From assembly GCA_964014485.1 (NCBI GenBank), contig CAXHAT010000158.1, positions 1-18,855 on the forward strand: a stretch of 18,855 nucleotides of DNA, read 5' to 3'. Below, one piece after another: positions 1-7,696 of the stretch. The first letter of the stretch is position 1. The number at the start of each line of letters is the position of its first letter. The position numbers and the translations under genes were made by a program. The notes beneath the pieces are model-generated. The model had not been told where the DNA came from. It made no database searches and was given only the letters and a program-made list of their open reading frames with translations. The stretch comes from an uncultured Deferribacteres bacterium (GTDB lineage: Bacteria; Zhuqueibacterota; Zhuqueibacteria; Zhuqueibacterales; Geothermadaptataceae).

Positions 1-98
1 GGAATCCAGTCAATCGCGCACCGCCCCTGGATTCCCGCCTGCGCGGGAATGACTTGAACAGGAGTTTCTTTGGTTTCATAGCTGGCGCGTAACATCAG
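1..98. mobile_element. MITE family A, copy 1 (left part outside window), carrying dRS3/REP-like hairpins
   Basis: Ends in GCGCGTAACATCAG (85-98), matching the ends at 327-339 and 12561-12574. Contains GGAATCCAG (1-9) and CTGGATTCCCGCCTGCGCGGGAATGAC (27-53). Colinear with 12479-12574 and nearly the same length. Confidence 0.7.
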
Positions 99-106
99 TT
101 GAATAA

Positions 107-339
107 TTGATGCTACGCGGCTGGCCAATGATATGGCATTTGACTAAAAACTTTGCTTTACGCGTCATTCTGCGGAAGCAGGAATCCAGAAAATGGTGCA
201 TGGCCACTGGATTCCTGCCTCCGCAGGAATGACCTTGAAAAACATTTTGGGGGTCATGCAGTTTTATTTTCAATGGCAATATTCGATGCGGCCAAAAACC
301 AATCTACGGCATGCATTATTGGCAAACGCGTAACATCAG
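107..339. mobile_element. MITE family A, copy 2
   Basis: Imperfect TIRs: TTGATGCTACGCGGCTGGCCAATGAT (from 107) versus the reverse complement of the right end, CTGATGTTACGCGTTTGCCAATAAT. Flanks TGAATAA (100-106) and TAAATAA (340-346) form a 6/7 direct repeat. Central hairpin pair at 164-233. Confidence 0.65.
164..233. repeat. Inverted pair of dRS3/REP-like palindromes (ATTCC-N-GGAAT type)
   Basis: GTCATTCTGCGGAAGCAGGAATCCAG (164-189) and CTGGATTCCTGCCTCCGCAGGAATGAC (207-233) are inverted copies of each other, and each is internally palindromic. Confidence 0.85.
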
Positions 340-364
340 TAAATAAATCACACTCGCGATGAAG

Positions 365-925
365 CTAAAATTCAAAATCTAAATTATCGAGTCCGTGAAT
401 GTCCCATTTCCCGCCAAGCCGCCCGATCTGTTCCGGATCGATTTCACCGACAATATTGACGAAAACGGCTTCTCGATTGTTATCGACGACAAGCACGACG
501 ATGCCGTCGATTCTGTCCTCTCCCGGCTTGACAAAAACATTGACGTTTTCACGGTCTTCGCGAACGCGGACGATTTTTTCCCAACCATCTTTGCTCAGAC
601 GTTTTGCAATTTCATTGTTTTTTGAAACGACCCGCTCGACGTCATCGCGCCGCAAACGATATTTTTCAACGCGAACGAGCAGGAGTCGTCGCAGCATCGA
701 AGAAAGCTCAGGCTCGCTTCCCCGCGTCGCTCCCGCGACCATGCGCAAAAGAAAGCCTTTCAGTTGAATTTCGACGGTAGGTTCGTCATCCAAAATATCA
801 CTGATTTCATCGAGATTAAAAAATCCGGGATGTTTTTTGATTTCATTCTCGTCTTCGTCCTGCGCAAAACCTGCAACAGGAGCCCAGGAGAGAAACAGAA
901 GTATGAGAAAAATTCGCTTTAACAT
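365..925 (-). CDS. DUF4252-family exported protein
   Basis: 186 aa with a signal peptide (MLKRIFLILLFLSWAPVAGFA). The segments GWEKIVRVRE..VNVFVK..IDGIVVLVVD..EAVFVNIVGEIDPEQI are typical of DUF4252. Its start overlaps the anti-sigma stop (TAATG). Confidence 0.85.
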   Translation of the reverse strand: MLKRIFLILLFLSWAPVAGFAQDEDENEIKKHPGFFNLDEISDILDDEPTVEIQLKGFLLRMVAGATRGSEPELSSMLRRLLLVRVEKYRLRRDDVERVVSKNNEIAKRLSKDGWEKIVRVREDRENVNVFVKPGEDRIDGIVVLVVDNNREAVFVNIVGEIDPEQIGRLGGKWDIHGLDNLDFEF

Positions 926-1488
926 TATGGCCTCGCTTTATTTTTAGTTTGTTTAATTTGAAACATGTTTTTTTGAATCGGCGCAATAACGTGCGCTTCG
1001 ATAACGTCATCCTTTACAACCAGGCTCGCGCGTTCCGAAATGTCGTTCAAGTAAGCCAGCGTCCACTTGATTTCACGCTCCGCGCGCGCCAATTCTTCCG
1101 GTGTAAAATTCGGTTTTTTTGAACCGTCGGGAAGCGAAAACAAAATTATAAGCAGAACAACGGCGAAGGAAGCGACGGCGGCAAGCGGTCGAAACGATGT
1201 AAAACGGGTAAAATAAGATGTGAACACTGCCCGCCGCGCCTTGGCTTGTTCGCGACGCGCTTCGGCAATCACGGCGGCGCTTCGTTCCCGGGAAAAGTTC
1301 TGCTGCGGCAAAGCTGAAAGGCTGTGATGAACGCGCTTTGCAAAAGCGAGCGCTTCGCGACAATCGGCGCACGTTTGGATGTGCGTTTCAAAATCGCTTT
1401 TCAAGCTTGCGTCAAGCTCTTCGTCGAGGAAAGCGTCGATGAGATCTTCGAATTTTTGGCAAAGATCGTGACTATTCCGGCGTTCCAT
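925..1488 (-). CDS. Zinc-binding anti-sigma factor (zf-HC2/ZAS) with one transmembrane helix
   Basis: HIQTCADC matches the HxxxCxxC motif. TM segment LAAVASFAVVLLIILFSL. Directly downstream of the ECF sigma, overlapping it by 17 bp. Confidence 0.9.
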   Translation of the reverse strand: MERRNSHDLCQKFEDLIDAFLDEELDASLKSDFETHIQTCADCREALAFAKRVHHSLSALPQQNFSRERSAAVIAEARREQAKARRAVFTSYFTRFTSFRPLAAVASFAVVLLIILFSLPDGSKKPNFTPEELARAEREIKWTLAYLNDISERASLVVKDDVIEAHVIAPIQKNMFQIKQTKNKARP

Positions 1489-2005
1489 TTTTTACCCAAG
1501 GTTTTAACTGTTCTCGGAGCATTTTACGCCCGCGATGAAGATAACCTTTGACCGTGTTCAGGGGCAAATCGAGAACCTCGCTGATACGGTCGTATTTTTG
1601 ATCCTGAATTTCACGCAAAATTAAGATCGAGCGATACGGCTCGCGAATCTTTGAAATCGCTTGTTCCAGACGATGCTGAAATTCAGCCGATTCCGTATGA
1701 CTTTGCGGCGTTTCCTCGTGCTTTAGAAGATGGCCGAGCGCGGGATCATCGAAATCAGCGCTTGTGACGCGTGAGCGATAGTTCTTTCGTTTGCGCAGAG
1801 CGTCGAAGCAAGCGTTGCGCGTGACGGTAATCAGCCACGGCTCGATACGCGCAGGGTCAATTTCCGAACGGTTTCGCCAGAGACGTATCAAGACTTCTTG
1901 CGTCGCATCTTCAGCTTCTTCGCGATGACCGAGATAGTAATGCGCGAAAGTGAAAATACGATCCTGATACAAATTTACGAGTTTTTTGAATCGCCGCGTT
2001 GTCAT
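1472..2005 (-). CDS. ECF-family RNA polymerase sigma-70 factor
   Basis: Region 2 (EAEDATQEVLIRLW..WLITVTRNACFDALRKR) and region 4 (YDRISEVLDLPLNTVKGYLHRGRKMLR); 177 aa. Confidence 0.95.
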   Translation of the reverse strand: MTTRRFKKLVNLYQDRIFTFAHYYLGHREEAEDATQEVLIRLWRNRSEIDPARIEPWLITVTRNACFDALRKRKNYRSRVTSADFDDPALGHLLKHEETPQSHTESAEFQHRLEQAISKIREPYRSILILREIQDQKYDRISEVLDLPLNTVKGYLHRGRKMLREQLKPWVKNGTPE

Positions 2006-2018
2006 CTTCTATCGCAAA

Positions 2019-2045
2019 AACGCCGCTCAATAAAGAAAGGTTACA
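2019..2045 (-). promoter_or_regulatory. Putative autoregulatory ECF promoter
   Basis: TGTAAC-N17-CGTT on the minus strand, ending 13 nt before the sigma ATG. Matches the canonical ECF AAC/CGT pattern. Confidence 0.6.
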
Positions 2046-2238
2046 GTTCGCAAAGCAAAATTTTCAAGAATTTCGAAACTGGAAAATCAGGCGGGAAACG
2101 TTGCTTGTCGCCCATCGCAAATATGGCAACACCCGGCCAAGACGGCTCTTCACAAAATAATGCGAACTCTTTCCAAAAGCCGCAGTCTAAGTTGGTGAAA
2201 TTTCTCAATGTGCTGAGTTACGCAAACATGAGCGAAAT

Positions 2239-3057
2239 ATGAAAAGTTTAGCTACCAATAACCAACGCCCCGCCAAGCAGCCCGGAGCGAAATTTACGCG
2301 GCGAAGTTTTGTGAAAAACGGTCTTGGCCTCATGGCCGCGCCACTTTTATGGCATTGCAACAAGTTTATTGAAGGGGCGGAAGAATCGAATCTCGGGGAT
2401 CCAAGATTAACGGCAAGACCCGGCGCGCCCACTGAAACGCCGGAGTCGGGCTTGAACGAGCTGGGGTTAAGCAGCGGGAGAGACGGCCTTTTGTATGTCC
2501 CGGCCAGCTATTCGCCGAACACGCCGCCGCCGCTTTTTATCGGTTTGCACGGAGCGGGGGGCGGCGCGAGTAACTGGGCGAGCTACCAAGCGCGCGCTGA
2601 AGAAAGGGGATTTGTTTTTCTCGCGCCAAATTCACGCGCGTCAACGTGGGACATTACGCGGGGCGCCTTTGGCCCCGACGTGAAGTTCATTGACGACGCA
2701 CTCAAACACGTCTTCAATCGCTGTAACATCGATCCGAAAAAGATCGCGCTGGGCGGCTTTTCCGACGGGGCTTCGTACGCGCTTTCTCTCGGACTTTCGA
2801 ACGGCGATCTGTTCAGCCACCTCATTGCCTATTCGCCGGGCTTTTTTCAAACCCCGGAATTTGTTGGAACGCCGCTCGTCTACGTTTCACACGGGACGGG
2901 AGACAATATTCTCCCGGTGGAATCGAGCCGCGACACCATCGTGCCGACTTTGAACAGCAATGACTATGACGTCACGTACAACGAATTTGAAGGCGGCCAT
3001 GAAGTCCCGGCTGAAATCTCCGAGGAAGCGCTGGATTGGTTTTTTGAGCAAGAGTGA
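2239..3057 (+). CDS. Phospholipase/carboxylesterase (alpha/beta hydrolase) with twin-arginine signal
   Basis: TRRSFVK Tat motif, LHGAGG oxyanion motif, GFSDG nucleophile elbow, HGTGDNILP (Asp) and GGHEV (His). Confidence 0.9.
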   Translation: MKSLATNNQRPAKQPGAKFTRRSFVKNGLGLMAAPLLWHCNKFIEGAEESNLGDPRLTARPGAPTETPESGLNELGLSSGRDGLLYVPASYSPNTPPPLFIGLHGAGGGASNWASYQARAEERGFVFLAPNSRASTWDITRGAFGPDVKFIDDALKHVFNRCNIDPKKIALGGFSDGASYALSLGLSNGDLFSHLIAYSPGFFQTPEFVGTPLVYVSHGTGDNILPVESSRDTIVPTLNSNDYDVTYNEFEGGHEVPAEISEEALDWFFEQE

Positions 3058-3075
3058 ATGCCGGAAGCATTTTCT

Positions 3076-6000
3076 TTATTTCATCAGTAACATTTTTTTT
3101 GATCCCGAAAAATCTCCTGACCGCAATCGGTAGACGTAAACGCCGCTCGCGACCTTGCGCCCTGCGTCATCGCGTCCGTTCCAGGTCATTTCGTGCGAAC
3201 CTGCCACGAATTCGCCGGAAGCCAGCGTGCGAACGAGCTGACCCGCGCTATTGAAAATTTTTAAGGAAACGCCGCTTTTCTCCGGCAACTGAAAACGAAT
3301 CAAGGTCGCCGGGTTGAAGGGATTCGGGAAATTCTGGGACAGCGCAAATTCCGTTGGAATGACGTCTGTCTCCAAGCCGTTTTCGACGCTCACCAGCAAA
3401 GCCGGATCGCCGAGATATTGCGCCAGGCCTCCGGTTTCCGTCCCGACCCATTTGAAGCCGTTTGGCCCAATCGCCAAAGAAATGACGTAATCGTCTAACA
3501 GTCCGGAATTAACAGTTTCGAAGATTTTCCAGGCTTCATTGAATTTCGCCAGGCCGCCGCCCCAGGTTCCGATCCATTTATTGCCCGCGCCGTCAATTTG
3601 AATGCTGCGAATCGCGTTATGCGGCAATTCGCTGTTTTCGGAAGTAAACGTCTCCCAATTTTCGCCGTCGGAAACCGCGAGTCCTTGCGCCGTTCCCATC
3701 CAGAGATTGTCGTCCGGATCGAGGCCGAGCGCGAAGATTGTATTGTCCGGCAGACCGGAATTTTCAGTGGAAAAAGTCGCGACGCCTTCTTCGGACAAAT
3801 ACGCCAGACCGTCGGGGGTGCCGGCCCAAACATCGCCAAAAAGCGATGCATAAACCGCATAAATGATGTTGCTTGGCAGCCCATCTTCAGCAATATTGAA
3901 AATCACCCATTCTTCGCCGTTGAAACAAGCGAGACCGGCGGAGGTGCCGAACCAAATTTTTCCCAAAAAATGATCTGGAAAAATCGCCCAAATGCGGTTG
4001 CTGGGCAGCCCGGAGTTGTCCGTGTTAAAAACCTCGAAGCCGTCCGCACTATAAACCGCAACGCCTGCGCCGTTTGTCCCAATCCAAACGTTGCCCCACT
4101 TGTCTCCGGCAAGCGAGAGAATCGAATTGCTTGGCAGCAGTGAGTTTTCCGCGTTGTAATTAATCCAGGCGCCGCCGTCGGGATTGCCGTCGAACTTGAG
4201 CACGCCATAGTCTCGCGAACCGATCCAAATGTTGCCTTCCCAATCAAAGGTCAGTGCGCGGACGTAATTCTCGAGCAAGCCGGAATTGACTTTGATGTAA
4301 TTGATCCAATCGGCAAAATTCGGCAAATCCGAGATGACAAAAGGCGTATCGCTTACATCAGAAATTTCCGGCTGCGCTACGTCGGAAATGCGAATGAGCG
4401 CATCATCCGTCGGCTCGTTTGGCGTTTCCCAAATGAACGATCCCGCCTTGCCATTCTTGGCCGTTTGCAAGATCGTTTCCGGAGATTTTTTAACAAGAGT
4501 TGGTTTCGAAACACTGTCATCGTTCAAATAACCGGTAGATTCCCGAATAAAATTTTGAGTAGAAATCGCTCCGCTGGCGGGAATGACTTCAGCAATAACG
4601 TCCCAGGTTGCGCCGCCGTTGACGGAATATTCGATTTTGATATTCTCAACGCCGTCGACTTCCCAGGAAATCAGTTGCAACGAACCTATTTGATAATCTT
4701 CGCCGCCGTTTGGCGAGAGCACATTCAAAGTGACCGGGACAATGGAAAACGGCGCATCGCTGACGTCGTTGACGCTTGCATTGCTTGCATCGGAAACGCG
4801 AATGAGCGCTTGCGTTGCGGCGGCGTTTGGCGTTTTCCACAAGTACGGCTGCGTAGACGTTGGATGTGAAGCGGCGATCACTGCCCAGAGTTGGCCGCCG
4901 TCCATCGAATATTCCAGCGTCACGTTCTCAACGCCTTGCGACTCCCACCGAATCTCCTGTGTCGTGCCGCCGCGATAGCTTTCGCCGCCGTTTGGCGTGG
5001 TGACGGTCACCGAGCCGGAAAAAATTTCAAAAACCGCGTCGCTTTGATCGGTGACGGCCGCGTCGCCAACGTCCGTTATTCGAACCAACGCCTGCTGCGT
5101 GGATAGATTCGGGACAGTCCAGGCATAGGAACCAGTTGCAGCGGCGACGTTGTCGGCGATGAGATTCCAGTTTGCCCCGTTATCTGAAGAATATTCCAGA
5201 CGGACTGCGTTCACTTTGATGCTCTGCCAGACAATATTTTGCACGACCCCGGCCTGCCATTTTTCACCGCCGTTTGGCGCCGTGAGCGTCACAACGCCGC
5301 GCGCCGCCAAAGAAAACCGCAAGACCGTCGAGACATTAAAATCGTCCGTTGCGACGATAAAATAATCCACGCCGTCCTGGGTTAGCGCCTCTGCCGGAAT
5401 GGAAGCTTCGTAGTTGTCGCCTCCAACGTTTATCATCGCCAGAGACTTGAAAAGAATTTCCCCGAAGGTGCGATAGAAAAGTTTGACTCCGCTGAGTAAA
5501 TTCGTCTGATCGCTGGCTGTCGCGCTGATTTTGAGCGGAATGCCGGGAATGTAATTCGCGGGCGGCGTATGCGTCAATTTTGGCGGCTCGTTCGGCAAAA
5601 CGGCAATTTGGTGCGGTTGCGCCGTCGGGTTTGTTTCCGGATTTGACGTCGTCACAATGCCGTCGCTGGCGGTGATGTAATAATCGACGCCTGGCTGCAA
5701 AACGAAATTGGCGGGAATTTGCGCCGTCCACTGCGAAACATCAGCGTTGAGCGAGGTTTTCGCAGGCGCTGCAACTTTTTGCATCGGAGTTGAAGCATAA
5801 TTCGCCGCCCCGGATGTGCGATAAAAAAGCGTGACGTTTTGGGTAAACGGCGCCGCGGCGTCAGTCACGTTCACGGTAATATCGAAAACCGTCCCCGGCG
5901 TCCAGCCTTGCTTGGACAGGTCTTTTGTGGGCTGATCACGCTCGATAACCGGATTGGCGCCGGGCGTGTAGAATCCTGTGTCGAAAGCTTGACCGCTTTG

Positions 6001-7308
6001 GTGATTCGCCGTGAGTTCAACTTTCCGTTCAATCGCGTTGACGACCGGATCGCTCGATTGATAACGAATAACGTAAGTATTCGCGACCGCATTTTGGATG
6101 TCGGTTAAAATATCAGTAAACGGCGCGGTAATATTAAAATTCTTGCCGCCGGTCGGGATGGTCACCGCCGCAAGATCGGTGTTCGCATCGATGAAAATCT
6201 GATTCAAAAGGCCGTAGACGACGATTGAATTGTTGACGCAAATATCGATGGCTTCCTGCTGCGTCGCCAAGCCCTGATCGCCCGCTTCATCCGTAATGAT
6301 GATAAAAACTTTTTGCGCGCCGGGGCGAAAATTGAACAGCGTCGCCGACTGAACGATGGAGTAATAACCGCGCTCGCGCGAACCACTGGCGACGTTGCGC
6401 TTCCAAACGTCATTCTTAAAATAATCTGCGTCGGAGGTGAGCTGGCCGTTGTCCTCAATAATCGGATTGCCGCCGTTTTGACTTTGGCCGTAACGACACA
6501 GACCGAGGGCAAAATCAACGCCGGAATTCACGAGACCGTCGACAAAGGCGATCATGTTCGTCTCGACGGACGCCTGCTCGTCGCCGAGGCTGCCGCTGTT
6601 GTCCATGATAAAAACAACGTCGGCCAACCTTGCTCCCCCGGCTGTTCCAGGTGGAATGACTTGAAATAAGTCGGTCTGTAGAACGCCGTTTTCCATCACC
6701 GAGAAATCGTTTTGCGTCAAAGTCGGGACTTCCTGGCCGTCTTGCTCCACGGTTGCGTTCATAAAAATGAGCGGGAATAAGCGCGCGTCGAGACTTTTGA
6801 TATCGACGACCAACGCTTTGGCGGCGGGTTGACTGGGTTGGGGAAATTGTAAAATCTGGAGATCGTCAATCACCCAGTTTTGCGGGAAGTCAGCCCGAAA
6901 CTTGAGCGCAATGCTTTGCCCGGCAAATTCCGTCAGGCTGGCAAAAACCGTCTCCGGCACAGAATCATCATTGCCGTCTATGAGCGTTAACAGGTGCCAT
7001 GAAACGCCGGAGTCCTTCGAAACGAGCAGTTCGGCGTTCGTCCCCCCGCTCGGCGTCTTTGACTGAAATGAGATCGCGAGACCGCCTTCGCTCTGCGGCA
7101 AATCGATGTTTTCGATAACATAATCGCCGCCCTGAATTGAAATTGTCTTGGCGTTTCTCGATTCAGTTTTGAATAGTTGCAGCGTTTTTGTTGCGGGCGG
7201 AAACTGTTCAAGAATCGGTGATGGTCGGCGGGAGGTTTGAGAAAAAGCGGTTGCTGAAAGAAGCGCAAAAAGAATCAGGCGAGAAATGAGGCGGGTTGTC
7301 GTATCCAT
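3076..7308 (-). CDS. Large secreted protein: VWA domain, 2 Ig-like modules, 3 PNGGE Ig-like repeats, two-component-regulator-type beta-propeller, FlgD/T9SS-type CTD
   Basis: Signal peptide; MIDAS motif DVVFIMDNSGS; three PNGGE repeats about 94 aa apart; repeated NSxLPxNxIxxL..GNxWIGT blades; CTD FALSQNFPNPFNP..WNGRDDAGRKVASGVYVYRL. SD-like GAGGA upstream. Confidence 0.9.
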   Translation of the reverse strand: MDTTTRLISRLILFALLSATAFSQTSRRPSPILEQFPPATKTLQLFKTESRNAKTISIQGGDYVIENIDLPQSEGGLAISFQSKTPSGGTNAELLVSKDSGVSWHLLTLIDGNDDSVPETVFASLTEFAGQSIALKFRADFPQNWVIDDLQILQFPQPSQPAAKALVVDIKSLDARLFPLIFMNATVEQDGQEVPTLTQNDFSVMENGVLQTDLFQVIPPGTAGGARLADVVFIMDNSGSLGDEQASVETNMIAFVDGLVNSGVDFALGLCRYGQSQNGGNPIIEDNGQLTSDADYFKNDVWKRNVASGSRERGYYSIVQSATLFNFRPGAQKVFIIITDEAGDQGLATQQEAIDICVNNSIVVYGLLNQIFIDANTDLAAVTIPTGGKNFNITAPFTDILTDIQNAVANTYVIRYQSSDPVVNAIERKVELTANHQSGQAFDTGFYTPGANPVIERDQPTKDLSKQGWTPGTVFDITVNVTDAAAPFTQNVTLFYRTSGAANYASTPMQKVAAPAKTSLNADVSQWTAQIPANFVLQPGVDYYITASDGIVTTSNPETNPTAQPHQIAVLPNEPPKLTHTPPANYIPGIPLKISATASDQTNLLSGVKLFYRTFGEILFKSLAMINVGGDNYEASIPAEALTQDGVDYFIVATDDFNVSTVLRFSLAARGVVTLTAPNGGEKWQAGVVQNIVWQSIKVNAVRLEYSSDNGANWNLIADNVAAATGSYAWTVPNLSTQQALVRITDVGDAAVTDQSDAVFEIFSGSVTVTTPNGGESYRGGTTQEIRWESQGVENVTLEYSMDGGQLWAVIAASHPTSTQPYLWKTPNAAATQALIRVSDASNASVNDVSDAPFSIVPVTLNVLSPNGGEDYQIGSLQLISWEVDGVENIKIEYSVNGGATWDVIAEVIPASGAISTQNFIRESTGYLNDDSVSKPTLVKKSPETILQTAKNGKAGSFIWETPNEPTDDALIRISDVAQPEISDVSDTPFVISDLPNFADWINYIKVNSGLLENYVRALTFDWEGNIWIGSRDYGVLKFDGNPDGGAWINYNAENSLLPSNSILSLAGDKWGNVWIGTNGAGVAVYSADGFEVFNTDNSGLPSNRIWAIFPDHFLGKIWFGTSAGLACFNGEEWVIFNIAEDGLPSNIIYAVYASLFGDVWAGTPDGLAYLSEEGVATFSTENSGLPDNTIFALGLDPDDNLWMGTAQGLAVSDGENWETFTSENSELPHNAIRSIQIDGAGNKWIGTWGGGLAKFNEAWKIFETVNSGLLDDYVISLAIGPNGFKWVGTETGGLAQYLGDPALLVSVENGLETDVIPTEFALSQNFPNPFNPATLIRFQLPEKSGVSLKIFNSAGQLVRTLASGEFVAGSHEMTWNGRDDAGRKVASGVYVYRLRSGDFSGSKKMLLMK

Positions 7309-7659
7309 GATGTCGTCCTCACTGAAGTTAAGCGGTTCCGGCGTCCGGCCGGCAGTCTGCGGTCAGATGATGATGTTTGAGGGCGGTGGAAACGCGACGT
7401 TGCGTCCCGACCGCCGTAACCGTTGTGCAAACCAACCACGCTTGCGATTTTTATCGAAAAGCAACTCCCGAGTCAGACGCTTCAGCGTTTGATTGAGAAG
7501 GCGGGGCGACGATGAATCGTCGCACTCCGCGCAAGGAGTGGCTCTCAAGTCTATCGAACTCAGGCGCTGATGGTTAGCCGAACGGCTCGCTGTTATATGA
7601 AACTATTTCCAATCCGGCCAAATGGCCTCCATGTATGAGGTTACTCTTCGCACGCGGCT

Positions 7660-7687
7660 GTAGAGACGCGATGCATCGCGTCTCTGC
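7660..7687. repeat. GTAG-type REP palindrome
   Basis: GTAGAGACGCGATGCATCGCGTCTCTGC; 7662-7685 is a perfect 24-bp palindrome located about 10 bp past the stop codon at 7697. Confidence 0.8.
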
Positions 7688-7696
7688 CATATGACA

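Noticed and set aside
1..346. CRISPR array or integron attC array
   Set aside because: The repeats are inverted pairs with irregular spacing. There are no constant direct repeats with unique spacers, no cas or intI gene, and no cassette ORFs.
76..362. Short ORFs 76-279 (-) and 153-362 (+)
   Set aside because: Translations of the palindromic repeat (LDSCxRR-type peptides), a typical spurious call.
7390..7440. c-di-GMP-I riboswitch (GGGACGCAA on minus, GCAAACC on plus)
   Set aside because: The two fragments are on opposite strands and the GNRA-capped P2 and P3 arrangement is missing.
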